From an uncultured Candidatus Poseidoniales archaeon (GTDB taxonomy: Archaea; Thermoplasmatota; Poseidoniia; Poseidoniales; Thalassarchaeaceae), in assembly GCA_963934165.1 (NCBI GenBank), contig CAWVXH010000002.1:123746-187745 (forward strand): a stretch of 64,000 nucleotides of DNA, written 5' to 3'. Shown here piece by piece: positions 39,117 to 49,193 of the stretch; position 1 is the stretch's first letter; each line of letters starts with the position of its first letter. A program made the position numbers and the translations under genes. The notes under the pieces are model-generated. The model searched no databases. It was not told the origin of the DNA and saw only the letters and a program-made list of their open reading frames with translations.

Positions 39117-40862
39117 ATGCATAATCGAAAAGCATGTATTGCCCTAATAATGACCGCCTGTCTTATGACTATGCCAATAGCCCTGGCAGACTCCAATGAT
39201 GACATACCAACTAATGCGACAAACACTGGTGTACACGACTCGCTCGTGGCCGCTCTGGACAAAGCAAATCTCGTTGCAACTCTGCAGGGAGAAGGTCCGT
39301 TCACTGTCTTCGCACCCACTGATCAGGCCTTCGCCGATGCCGGCATTGACTTGGACTCCTTCGACACCGACGAGGAGATTGCAGCGCTAACTGACATTCT
39401 GCTGTACCACGTGTACTCAGGAACTGTCTACGCTGCTGACGTCACTGACGGCATGACAGTCGTCATGGCGAATGCAGACCACCTTACTTTCTATGTAATG
39501 GACGACACAGTCTCTATGGGAGACGGATCGACTGTAACTATTGCAGACGTAGCCGCCTCAAACGGTGTAATCCACGTCATTGACAAGGTCCTGATGCCTC
39601 CAGCAGACGTATTCGACATACCCACGACTGCTCAGGGAACAGGTATCCACGACTCTCTCGTAGCGGCCGTTATCCAGGCAGATCTTCTTGAGACTCTACA
39701 GGGTGAAGGCCCATTCACAGTCTTCGCACCCACGGATCAGGCCTTTACCGACGCGGGCATCGACTTAGCTGCACTCGACACAGAGGAAGGAAAGGCAGCG
39801 CTAACTGACATCCTGCTCTACCACGTAGTTTCGGGCAGCGTCGAATCATCGGCTGTAACAGATGGTATGACAGCTGCTGCTGTCAACGGCGACGATCTCA
39901 GCTTCTCTGTCGGAGAGGGTGTAATGGTCAACGATGCCAACGTTATCCTTGCTGATGTAATCACAACCAATGGTGTAATCCACGTCATTGACAAGGTGCT
40001 AATGCCACCAGCCGATCTCGTAGATATTGCAGCCGTAGCAATGTCAACAGGAGTGCATGAATCATTAGTTGCCGCTCTAGTTAAGGCTGACTTAGTCAGC
40101 ACACTACAAGGAGATGGACCGTTCACAGTATTCGCTCCAACCGATCAAGCATTCACTGATGCTGGAATTGATTTAGATGCATTCAGCACAGATGAAGAGA
40201 TTACCGCTCTAGCAAATATCTTACTATACCACGTTTACTCAGGCGCAGTCAATGCAGCTGATGTAACCGACGGATTAACTGTTGCAATGGTTAACGGTGA
40301 TGATGCTACATTCACAGTAACAGATGGAACTGTAATGGTAGGGGATGCAACCGTAACTACAGCTGATGTAATGGCATCAAACGGAGTTATTCACGTCATC
40401 GACAAGGTGCTAATGCCACCAGCTGATGAACCAGTTATTCCTGAGGGATGTGATTTCGTAATCGGATTAAGTGACGATGGAACGGCTTTCGATAACACCG
40501 ATCTAAGTATTGCTGTGGGCCAGACCGTATGCTGGATTTGGAATGACGCAACTATGGCACACAATATCGCGCAAATAAAAGAAGAAGGAGATACGACAAG
40601 AGATGCTGCTGGAGAGTACAGCGGTACTGCAGCTACAACAATTGATTATCGCATCACTTTTACCGAAGATGAAATGTTCTATTACATCTGTGAACCTCAT
40701 GCAACAATGGGGATGAATGGACAAGTAGTTGTTGGAACTGGAATCAGTAAAACACCTACTACAGTAGTAGATTCAGATAACAATATCCCTGGATTTACAG
40801 CGGGTATTGCTGCAATAGCACTAATCGGTGCATTGGTTATCTCCGGCGCACGCCGTAGATAA
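39117..40862 (+). CDS. Cell-surface protein: 3 fasciclin (FAS1) domains + cupredoxin + PGF-CTERM
   Basis: Three TVFAPTDQAF...YHV...NGVIHVIDKVL repeats; HN and YICEPHATMGM type-1 copper ligands; IPGF, TM helix and RRR tail. Confidence 0.93.
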   Translation: MHNRKACIALIMTACLMTMPIALADSNDDIPTNATNTGVHDSLVAALDKANLVATLQGEGPFTVFAPTDQAFADAGIDLDSFDTDEEIAALTDILLYHVYSGTVYAADVTDGMTVVMANADHLTFYVMDDTVSMGDGSTVTIADVAASNGVIHVIDKVLMPPADVFDIPTTAQGTGIHDSLVAAVIQADLLETLQGEGPFTVFAPTDQAFTDAGIDLAALDTEEGKAALTDILLYHVVSGSVESSAVTDGMTAAAVNGDDLSFSVGEGVMVNDANVILADVITTNGVIHVIDKVLMPPADLVDIAAVAMSTGVHESLVAALVKADLVSTLQGDGPFTVFAPTDQAFTDAGIDLDAFSTDEEITALANILLYHVYSGAVNAADVTDGLTVAMVNGDDATFTVTDGTVMVGDATVTTADVMASNGVIHVIDKVLMPPADEPVIPEGCDFVIGLSDDGTAFDNTDLSIAVGQTVCWIWNDATMAHNIAQIKEEGDTTRDAAGEYSGTAATTIDYRITFTEDEMFYYICEPHATMGMNGQVVVGTGISKTPTTVVDSDNNIPGFTAGIAAIALIGALVISGARRR

Positions 40863-40884
40863 TCGGACTTAACCAAACCGTCGA

Positions 40885-40912
40885 CCCCTCTCGTCTCATG
40901 GACGACGAGGGG
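40885..40912 (+). terminator. Stem-loop after the fasciclin gene
   Basis: CCCCTCTCGTC-TCATG-GACGACGAGGGG. Confidence 0.5.
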
Positions 40913-40990
40913 GCTCGGCCCCCTTAGGGTGCTGAAAATCGTCCTTAAAGAGGAAATAGAGGAACTGGTGATTATTCTTTTACCTCGCTA

Positions 40991-41115
40991 TTTTTAGGTT
41001 ATATTGACATACAACCACTAATCGAGAAATCACTCGCTTTCGTCGAGTAGGATCGCCGGCACTGAAGTAGAAATCTCACTGCCCTGCGGCGCGCTCGTGA
41101 TTACTTCGATTTTCA
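40991..41115 (+). repeat. Right copy of the ~125-bp imperfect direct repeat
   Basis: Matches 38804-38927; contains the intact 3' end of the 41030-41269 gene. Confidence 0.95.
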
Positions 41116-41269
41116 GCGAAACATCGTCTCGTAAACTCTCGTCTAAATTTTCGAGGCGATATCCAAGTCGCCACCTTGTCAACAAGTTTTTTCCGATTAA
41201 ATAACTAATAATCGCAATCGTACAAATCGCTGCAAACCAAGTTAATAATTCAGCAAAGCCCAATTTCAT
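41030..41269 (-). CDS. Small membrane protein
   Basis: MKLGFAELLTWFAAICTIAII...; ATGA overlap with the pyrF stop. Confidence 0.7.
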   Translation of the reverse strand: MKLGFAELLTWFAAICTIAIISYLIGKNLLTRWRLGYRLENLDESLRDDVSLKIEVITSAPQGSEISTSVPAILLDESE

Positions 41270-42066
41270 CTCTCTCTTTCGAGCAAAGCGTTCCACGATG
41301 CATCAGCATATGCCTTTGCAGCGGATTTCCTATCTTTTACTCGGTAAATTCCAGAACCGACGATAATTGCATCTGCCCCCGCCATCACGGAATCATGTGG
41401 ATTCCCATACCTTTGCCCCATTTTTGCTGCACTAGAATCAAGATTAACCCCGGGTGTCCAAATCATTTGTCCTCCCCCGACCAATTCTCGCAAAGCACTC
41501 ACTTCGACTGGAGAACTGCCATTTCCAATATATCCGATAACGTGCGGAGAGCCTTTGCCGGTGGCGATAGTTTCCTCAGTATATTCACCGGTCAACAAGT
41601 TGCCTTGACTCGACATTTGCGCGAGTAAAAGCACACCCCCTATTCGTTGCACATCATCCCATCCAGCAGCAATTCCATCGATAATATCTGGCCCAGAAAT
41701 CCGGTGGGCGGTAACGATATCTGCCCATGAACGAATATCGTAAACTCCCGCCATTTGTTTTTGAGAAATTGCACCGATATCGGCAAACTTTCGATCCTCA
41801 AAAAGAAGTAGATTGTTCTCAGTAGCAGCTTCGACTAATTTCAGCCAATTTTCTGAAGAAAAATCCTCAATGATATCGACATGAGTCTTCAAAGCAGCGA
41901 TATGTGGACCAACTTCATTGACCAAGTTCACTAATTCATCGATAGTGCATAGGTCGGCAGCGAGACAAACGAGTGATTGTTTTTCGTAAGCGGTTTCCAT
42001 GAAGCGATGAGCGATAGGATTTGCACAACTTCTCCAGCGCGTGCCCCACACCTCATCGGGTTGCAT
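41266..42066 (-). CDS. pyrF: Orotidine-5'-phosphate decarboxylase
   Basis: CLAAD, LKTHVD, FEDRKFADIG, TPGV, GQRY and IIVG motifs. Confidence 0.95.
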   Translation of the reverse strand: MQPDEVWGTRWRSCANPIAHRFMETAYEKQSLVCLAADLCTIDELVNLVNEVGPHIAALKTHVDIIEDFSSENWLKLVEAATENNLLLFEDRKFADIGAISQKQMAGVYDIRSWADIVTAHRISGPDIIDGIAAGWDDVQRIGGVLLLAQMSSQGNLLTGEYTEETIATGKGSPHVIGYIGNGSSPVEVSALRELVGGGQMIWTPGVNLDSSAAKMGQRYGNPHDSVMAGADAIIVGSGIYRVKDRKSAAKAYADASWNALLERER

Positions 42067-42188
42067 CGGGCCACTCCGCTGCTGCAAGTATCTCAAGCCT
42101 TTCCCTTCGATTGAAAACTCAGGCCTACGGCCTGCACCGGTTTGTTCATGGACACGCCGCTATGGCGGCGCATTACCGAGGAAGGCAT

Positions 42189-45100
42189 ATGGCGACCCCA
42201 CCGATTTTTTCATACGAGGTGACTACCAAGGATGTCGAAGGTTTACCCGATGCACGAGGCAATTCGATTAAGGCAATGCTCGCTTCGAATTATGGAATTG
42301 AGGTTGGTACAGTACGAGTGATATTAGGGTATCAGGTCCGCGCTGAAATGACGAATGAAGATGCTCAACGCTCAGTTTTCGATTTATTCGCAGATCCCGT
42401 AATTGAGGAAGGGTGCGTGAACGAAACATTACTCGATAACAAAATGATTTTTCCTATCGCCCCACAAATAGCCATCACGACAGGGTTCAAACCCGGCGTT
42501 ACGGATAACGCAGCACAAGCAGGCCTCGATGGTTTGCTGACAATTTTCCCAAGTATTTCAGAGCGAGCAGAGGTTGCGACGAGCCGGAGCTATCTATTCT
42601 GGGGGGTGCCGGAAGAAATCTCATCAGAATGGCTAGCAAGCAAATTGCACAACCGTATGATAGAGCGGGCAATAATTGCGGATTCAATAGATTGCAAAGC
42701 GGGTAATTGGCCATCGTTAGATTTTCCCGACCGCCCGGCACTACAACAACAAAAACCGGCAACCGTCAATCTCGAAGTTTCTGATGAAAAATTAATCGAG
42801 ATTAGTCAAAACGGATTATTAGCACTCAACCTAGGGGAAATGCAAGCAATCCAGGCACACTATCGAAATGAAAAAGTTAGAATCGCAAGAGGGACGAGAG
42901 AACTTGTACCAAACGCTCCAACCGACGTCGAACTTGAGTGTTTAGCCCAGACATGGTCTGAACATTGCTCGCACAAGATTTTCGCTGCAAAAATTCACCA
43001 TGTCGATACCGAAACCGGCGAAGATTGCTCTATAGATTCACTTTTCAAAACTCACATTATGACGCCAACACTAGACATTCAATCCAAAGTAGATTGGCTC
43101 CTTTCGATTTTCCACGACAATTCAGGGGTAATCGCTTGGAACGATGATTGGAGTCTTTGTATGAAAGCTGAAACCCACAACTCACCAAGTGCTTTGGATC
43201 CATTTGGTGGTGCAATGACCGGAATCGTCGGTGTTAACCGAGATATTTTGGGAACAGGTCTTGGGGCGCGTCCAATTGCAAATACAGATGTTTTTTGTTT
43301 CGGCCCTCCGAATTATTCTGGCCCAATTCCTGAAGGTTTATTCCACCCTTCCCGTGTTTTTCGAGGAGTACATGCCGGTGTCCGGGCTGGAGGAAACGAG
43401 TCTGGCATTCCAACCGTGAACGGGGCAATTATATTCGATGAACGATACCTAGGCAAACCTTTGGTTTACTGTGGGACGGTAGGATTGATGCCACGTCGGT
43501 TACCCGATGGCCGTGAATCACACATCAAGACGCCAACACCAGGGGACATCGTCTACATGGTTGGCGGCCGAGTTGGTTCTGATGGAATTCATGGCGCCAC
43601 CTTTTCCAGCCTTGAATTAACTGAAGAAAGCCCATCTTCGGCGGTACAAATTGGTGATCCAATCACTCAGAAGAAGATGATAGACATGGTGCTTGAAGCG
43701 AGGGATTTAGGCTTGATTCAAGTCATTACCGACAATGGTGCAGGAGGGCTTTCGAGCAGTGTTGGTGAGATGGCCGAGTTAACTGGTGGAGCCGACTTGG
43801 ATCTCTCGGTTGTGCCATTGAAACAAGCGGGCCTCTCGGCATGGGAGATATTAGTGTCCGAGTCACAAGAGAGGATGACAATTGGAGTAAGTGCGGCCGA
43901 TTGCGAAGCTTTCGAAAAACTTGCTGATCTTCATGAAGTCGAAGCGACCGCAGTCGGGATTTTTACCGACTCCGGTTCATTTATCGTTCGATTCGGAGAA
44001 CAAACGGTTGCTGATTTACCAATTTCTTTCCTTTACGACGGCTGTCCACAATTACAACTTGAATCTGAATGGGTACCACCTGCTCATGAACCGATTATTT
44101 TTCCTCAAGCCAACGCAGACGAGATGGGAGCAATCCTTTGCCAGTTGATGGCTCGCCCGAATGTTGCCAGCAAAGAATGGTGGGTTCGCTCCTATGATCA
44201 CGAAGTAATCGCCCAATCTGTAATCAAGCCATTTTGCGGCGTCAATCATGATGCCCCTGGCGACGCGGCAGTCATCGCCCCAATACAAGGACAAACACAA
44301 GGTGCAGTTATTTCAAATGGAATCGCTCCACGATATTCAGACATTGACGCATATGCTATGGCGGCAGCCAGTATCGACGAAGCTCTAAGAAATGCAGTTT
44401 GTGTTGGAGTTGATTTGGAGCTCATCGCCGGCCTAGACAACTTTTGTTGGCCTGACCCAGTCGAGTCCGCGAAAACTCCTGACGGGCGTTTCAAATTAGC
44501 ACAACTAGTTCGTGCAAATCGCGCTCTTGATGATGTATGTCGTGCATACAATTTACCCTGTATAAGCGGTAAAGATTCTATGAAAAACGATGCAATATTA
44601 GATGGGAAGAAGATCAGTGTCCCCCCAACATTATTGTTCAGTTTGATAGGCAATCATTCCGATGTTCGGAAGGCCGTTTCAAGCGATTTCAAGAATGTTG
44701 GTGACCACATATATTTGCTCGGGGAAACACATCAAGAATTAGGGGCAAGCGAGTTATCTTTCATGTTTAGAGACGACTCTGGGGGTCAAAGCGGAATTGG
44801 GGGGGCAGTACCAGAAATCGATGCTGCGCGGAACCTTTCGATGTATCGATCACTTACCGCTGCGATGGAGGCAGGTCTTGTAGCCAGCGCTCACGATTGT
44901 AGTGACGGAGGACTTGCTACTACTGTTGCAGAATGTTGCTTCGGCAGCGATTCGGGCAGTATAATCGACATATCACCGATTACATCCGATTGTAGCCGTA
45001 TCGATGCATGGGGGGCCCTATTTGGAGAATCTTTAGGAAGAATTTTAGTGAGTGTGAAAACCATTGACTGCGCCGCATTTGAAGCGGCGATGAAAGGTAA

Positions 45101-45236
45101 CGCCTGCTACGCACTGGGCCGCGTTGAGGCAGGCGAACAAATCACTTTTAGCAATGGTGATGATGCGATTCTGAGTGCATCAATGGCCGTTTTAAGAGTT
45201 GCTTGGAAAGGCACACTAGACGGGGGTGCGAACTAA
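42189..45236 (+). CDS. purL: Phosphoribosylformylglycinamidine synthase subunit PurL (with N-terminal PurS-like region)
   Basis: QTWSEHCSHKIF, KAETHNSPS, DNGAGG, SESQERM, ISGKDS and HDCSDGG motifs. Confidence 0.96.
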   Translation: MATPPIFSYEVTTKDVEGLPDARGNSIKAMLASNYGIEVGTVRVILGYQVRAEMTNEDAQRSVFDLFADPVIEEGCVNETLLDNKMIFPIAPQIAITTGFKPGVTDNAAQAGLDGLLTIFPSISERAEVATSRSYLFWGVPEEISSEWLASKLHNRMIERAIIADSIDCKAGNWPSLDFPDRPALQQQKPATVNLEVSDEKLIEISQNGLLALNLGEMQAIQAHYRNEKVRIARGTRELVPNAPTDVELECLAQTWSEHCSHKIFAAKIHHVDTETGEDCSIDSLFKTHIMTPTLDIQSKVDWLLSIFHDNSGVIAWNDDWSLCMKAETHNSPSALDPFGGAMTGIVGVNRDILGTGLGARPIANTDVFCFGPPNYSGPIPEGLFHPSRVFRGVHAGVRAGGNESGIPTVNGAIIFDERYLGKPLVYCGTVGLMPRRLPDGRESHIKTPTPGDIVYMVGGRVGSDGIHGATFSSLELTEESPSSAVQIGDPITQKKMIDMVLEARDLGLIQVITDNGAGGLSSSVGEMAELTGGADLDLSVVPLKQAGLSAWEILVSESQERMTIGVSAADCEAFEKLADLHEVEATAVGIFTDSGSFIVRFGEQTVADLPISFLYDGCPQLQLESEWVPPAHEPIIFPQANADEMGAILCQLMARPNVASKEWWVRSYDHEVIAQSVIKPFCGVNHDAPGDAAVIAPIQGQTQGAVISNGIAPRYSDIDAYAMAAASIDEALRNAVCVGVDLELIAGLDNFCWPDPVESAKTPDGRFKLAQLVRANRALDDVCRAYNLPCISGKDSMKNDAILDGKKISVPPTLLFSLIGNHSDVRKAVSSDFKNVGDHIYLLGETHQELGASELSFMFRDDSGGQSGIGGAVPEIDAARNLSMYRSLTAAMEAGLVASAHDCSDGGLATTVAECCFGSDSGSIIDISPITSDCSRIDAWGALFGESLGRILVSVKTIDCAAFEAAMKGNACYALGRVEAGEQITFSNGDDAILSASMAVLRVAWKGTLDGGAN

Positions 45237-46060
45237 TGGTTGACACTCCACGAGTTGCCGTTCTTTCTGGATTCGGAATCAACTGTGAGACCGAGACAAT
45301 GGCAGTATTCGAAATGGCTGGAGCCAAGGCGGAGCGAGTCCATGTCAATAGGCTCGTTAATGGTGAGAAACGCCTAAATGATTACCACATAATGGCAGTT
45401 CCCGGTGGGTTCTCATTCGGCGATCACCTAGGCAGCGGACGCCTAATGGGCAACCGCCTTCGCTTTGGACTGCGCGAACAAGTCCGTGATTTTGTCAAGG
45501 CAGGCAAACCAGTAATTGGTATCTGTAACGGTTTTCAAGTCCTAGTAAAAATGGGTTTGTTGCCTGGAGATGAAGAAGTCAGCCTGACACAAACTGCTTC
45601 CCTCGCTCTCAACGACTCTGGGCATTACGAAAATCGCTGGGCGACCCTCGAGTTTGATCCTAACAGCCCATGCATATGGACAAAAGGCTTGACCCGCATT
45701 CGAGTGCCGGTCCGCCACGGGGAAGGTAAATTTGTCACAGGAGACAGAAAACTACTCGACCACTGGGCAGGAACCGGCCAATTGGTCGTTCGATATGTCA
45801 ACCCGATTACTGAATATCCAGCGGCCAGCGATGAAGTTCTTCCTTATCCAATATCGCCGAATCAGAGTTGGCGAAATATTGCTGGCGTTTGCGATCCATC
45901 TGGCCTTGTTTTCGGCCTTATGCCTCATCCTGAAGCCAACCATTCAACATGGTTAGGTGCGACATGGACGCGTGAAGTATCAAATCTAGAGGACCATGGT
46001 GAAGGCGAAGGAATGCATATATTCCATAATGCTGTAGCCTATGCACGGAGCAACCTTTGA
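45236..46060 (+). CDS. purQ: FGAM synthase glutaminase subunit PurQ
   Basis: GINCE, PGGFSFGD, GICNGFQ, HGEG and GLMPHPE motifs. Confidence 0.96.
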   Translation: MVDTPRVAVLSGFGINCETETMAVFEMAGAKAERVHVNRLVNGEKRLNDYHIMAVPGGFSFGDHLGSGRLMGNRLRFGLREQVRDFVKAGKPVIGICNGFQVLVKMGLLPGDEEVSLTQTASLALNDSGHYENRWATLEFDPNSPCIWTKGLTRIRVPVRHGEGKFVTGDRKLLDHWAGTGQLVVRYVNPITEYPAASDEVLPYPISPNQSWRNIAGVCDPSGLVFGLMPHPEANHSTWLGATWTREVSNLEDHGEGEGMHIFHNAVAYARSNL

Positions 46061-46071
46061 GTGGTGAAAAT

Positions 46072-46968
46072 ATGGCCGACCCATTTATTATAGTTAAAGA
46101 ACCGTCGTCATTAATCGAAATTTTGACATTAATTCATCCATCAGCGAAGAAAAACTCCCTTCGTCGAATGATTGATCGCGGCCGGGTTAGGGTCGGCCTG
46201 GAACGAGCAACTCGAGCCAATGCAAAAATATTAGCTGGGACTAAAGTTACCATTCTCTCATCAGCGGATGGGGATACGCCAAAGCGGAACCAAAAACTCG
46301 AAATGCCCGAACCATCAATCCTTTTCTCAGACACTGAAATAATTGTTGCCGACAAACCCGCAGGACTTCTCGCTGTTGCTACTGACCGGGGCGAATTCGA
46401 TACAATGTTTGACAGAGTGGCGAAATGGGCATGGGCTAACGGCCAAACACGCGCCTATCTCGTTCATCGACTCGACAGAGAAACATCTGGTTGTATGATA
46501 TTTTCCCGCTCGGCAGAAGCTCGAGATTATCTTCAATCCCAATTTAAAGCTCGAACGGTGGAACGAATTTATCATGCAGTTATCCATGGTAAACCTGCTA
46601 ATGAATCAGGTACTGAAACTACCCGAATCCAAGAAACAAAAGATAAGCGGGTTAGACTTGTATCGCCAGGCCGCCGGGCCGGAAAGGAAGCAATAACCCA
46701 TTGGAATCTAGAGGAAGAAGGCCCGGTTCACAGTTTGATTAGAATCAAAATAGACACCGGCCGGAGAGCTCAAATTAGACTTCACATGGCCGCTTTGACT
46801 ACGCCAGTTGTTGGTGATACTAGGCATGGATTTGGAAAAGCCAGTGTCAATCGGCTTTGCCTCCACGCATCATCGATCGAGTTTGATCATCCAAATGGTG
46901 CCCGGCAATCCGTTGAGAGCCCAATTCCAAAGCAATTACTTTCTGAATTGAATCGTAGATTGGGCTAA
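46072..46968 (+). CDS. RluA/RluD-family pseudouridine synthase with S4-like N-terminus
   Basis: DKPAGL, VHRLDRETSG, TGRRAQIRLH, PVVGD and LCLHA motifs. Confidence 0.92.
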   Translation: MADPFIIVKEPSSLIEILTLIHPSAKKNSLRRMIDRGRVRVGLERATRANAKILAGTKVTILSSADGDTPKRNQKLEMPEPSILFSDTEIIVADKPAGLLAVATDRGEFDTMFDRVAKWAWANGQTRAYLVHRLDRETSGCMIFSRSAEARDYLQSQFKARTVERIYHAVIHGKPANESGTETTRIQETKDKRVRLVSPGRRAGKEAITHWNLEEEGPVHSLIRIKIDTGRRAQIRLHMAALTTPVVGDTRHGFGKASVNRLCLHASSIEFDHPNGARQSVESPIPKQLLSELNRRLG

Positions 46969-46986
46969 ATCAATCAAAATATATTC

Positions 46987-48510
46987 TCACCTTTTTGTTT
47001 CTATTATTCGAGTGGGCATGTATTTTTTGATTAAGATGGCGGCGATGAAAGCAATTGCAGCAGCCACATAGACTGAAGCAACCATCCCTTCTACAAATGC
47101 CAACTGAGCATTTTCAATTAATTGCGCCCCGACTAAATTTCCTTCATTCAACAGATCCTCCCCCATTCTCATTGCTGCTGGGAACGATTCAAAGGGTAAT
47201 TGTCCCAGATATTCTAATCCTTCAGGCATCACCATATTTCTTTGATAATATTCATTCAGAACAGACCCCCCTATCGCAATACCAAGGGCCCCCCCAATCT
47301 CCCTACTGGTGTCATTAGTAGCACTACCAACCCCTGCCTTATCGGCAGGAATTGAATCCATGACTAAGGTAGTAGCCGGCGCCATGGTGAGTCCCATCCC
47401 GAGTCCTAATAGGAAGAATATCAGTGCGAGCTTAGTGTAATCAGTATCGATGGTTACAGTAGTGAAAATCAACATACCAATAGTAACTAATGTAAGCCCC
47501 GAAGCTACGACATTATTACTGCCGAATTTCTCTACAAGACGATCAGAATTTGCCGCTGCCGGCATCAAACCAAGAGGTAAAGGTAAGAATCTCAAAGCCG
47601 CTTCCAAAGCGGTGTGCTCTCTAACTAATTGGAAGTGCAACATCTGTGTGAACATGAATGAAAACATCACATAGAAAGTGAACATTAGTGCAACTAAACC
47701 CATTGTAAATCCTCTATCTTTGAAGAAATCAAGAGGCAACATAGGGAATTTTGTCTGACGCTCCCAGTAAACGAATACAGCAGATAAAACGACACCTAGC
47801 GCCCCCATTCCTAAAATTTCATAAGAACCCCAACCTATACTTGGCCCTTCAATAATTGCATAGAGAATAGAACCAAGAGCAGCAATTGAAAGTATAGCAC
47901 CAATCGGGTCGAGGGGCCTTTTTTGTTCATCCTTAGTTTTCGGCACAAGTAACAAACCAAGTAACAGCGCTAGGATAATAATTGGTACATTTATCCAGAA
48001 AACCATTTGCCAGTCATAGTTCTCAACCGCCCATCCTCCTACTATCAAACCAATAGGCGCACCGACACCAGCCATTGCCGCCCAGATTCCAACAGCCTTC
48101 CCCCTTTCTTCAGGAGGAAATACAACTACGACTACAGAGAGAGTTGCGGGCATCACTAAAGCGGCCCCAAGTCCCATAACGGCTCTCGCAGCAATCACTT
48201 CGTTAGATGAGGAGGCATACATAGCAGTAAGTGCAGATGCTCCGGCCACCATAATCAATCCAAGTTGTAAGGCCCCTTTTCTTCCGAATCTATCTCCAAT
48301 AGCCCCCATTACAAGTAGGGTTCCACCGAAGATCAGTGCATAGGCGTCCATTATCCATTGAAGCTCTGTATTGTCCGCTTGAAGATCCTTAGACAACTCA
48401 GGCAATGCGACGTTTAGAGTCACATTATTGAGCATCACTATTATGAGGCTGAGACTCATTACTCCAAGAATAATCCATCTTCGACTATGTATTAATTCAT
48501 CTCTTTCCAC
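46987..48510 (-). CDS. MFS drug:H+ antiporter DHA2 (EmrB/QacA) family
   Basis: LNVALP, LQWIMDAY, GDRFGRK and FWINVP motifs; about 14 TM helices. Confidence 0.92.
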   Translation of the reverse strand: MERDELIHSRRWIILGVMSLSLIIVMLNNVTLNVALPELSKDLQADNTELQWIMDAYALIFGGTLLVMGAIGDRFGRKGALQLGLIMVAGASALTAMYASSSNEVIAARAVMGLGAALVMPATLSVVVVVFPPEERGKAVGIWAAMAGVGAPIGLIVGGWAVENYDWQMVFWINVPIIILALLLGLLLVPKTKDEQKRPLDPIGAILSIAALGSILYAIIEGPSIGWGSYEILGMGALGVVLSAVFVYWERQTKFPMLPLDFFKDRGFTMGLVALMFTFYVMFSFMFTQMLHFQLVREHTALEAALRFLPLPLGLMPAAANSDRLVEKFGSNNVVASGLTLVTIGMLIFTTVTIDTDYTKLALIFFLLGLGMGLTMAPATTLVMDSIPADKAGVGSATNDTSREIGGALGIAIGGSVLNEYYQRNMVMPEGLEYLGQLPFESFPAAMRMGEDLLNEGNLVGAQLIENAQLAFVEGMVASVYVAAAIAFIAAILIKKYMPTRIIETKR

Positions 48511-48637
48511 ACTTTATCCAAAGAGAGGCGGTATAATAATAGAGAAGCATCAATAATCTCACTCACTCAAACCAATCATATTATTCTATGATCATCAATT
48601 CGTAGCCTTCATCTCCCTTATCGCTACGCCTTGAAAC

Positions 48638-49150
48638 ATGTCCCTTCCTCGGCGAGCGATGGAACAGATGGGTTTCGCCATTTGTTGCCTCACCTGCGAT
48701 GCCGACGATGTTGCCGGCTCCCCCCGGTGCAAATCTTGTATATCGAGCCATATTCGTACTCGTGATAAGATTGCAGACGGCCCCGCTGAAAGTAAAGCGG
48801 ACCGTCTTTCTCGAGAATTTGTTACGATGCTTGCGAAACCGATCGATTATATTGATGACTCAATTCATGGAGAAGCAATGACTCAATACAAAATGCTGAT
48901 TGATTCCCATCATGGCCTTACTCCTGCCACTACAACGAAAGAAATTCAAGCCAAGTTTGAGGCATTAAAAAATAAGAAGTCGAAGTCACTAATCCGAAAT
49001 GTTGCGAGTAATCGTGTTTGGGGGGAAGAGGCATTGGGGGCTGAAGAAAGGGAGGAATTACTCATTAAAATAGCCGGTGAACCAAAACAAAAAATCCCAA
49101 CATGGGAAGAATTATTGGAAGAGGTTGGTGACCTTCTCGACAGCGATTGA
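48638..49150 (+). CDS. Hypothetical protein with N-terminal Cys cluster
   Basis: CCLTC...RCKSC; TTCAT promoter motif 30 nt upstream. Confidence 0.7.
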   Translation: MSLPRRAMEQMGFAICCLTCDADDVAGSPRCKSCISSHIRTRDKIADGPAESKADRLSREFVTMLAKPIDYIDDSIHGEAMTQYKMLIDSHHGLTPATTTKEIQAKFEALKNKKSKSLIRNVASNRVWGEEALGAEEREELLIKIAGEPKQKIPTWEELLEEVGDLLDSD

Positions 49151-49193
49151 GGTTACGAGCCTTCAAACGATATGGTTCCTGCAGGTGTTTGAA

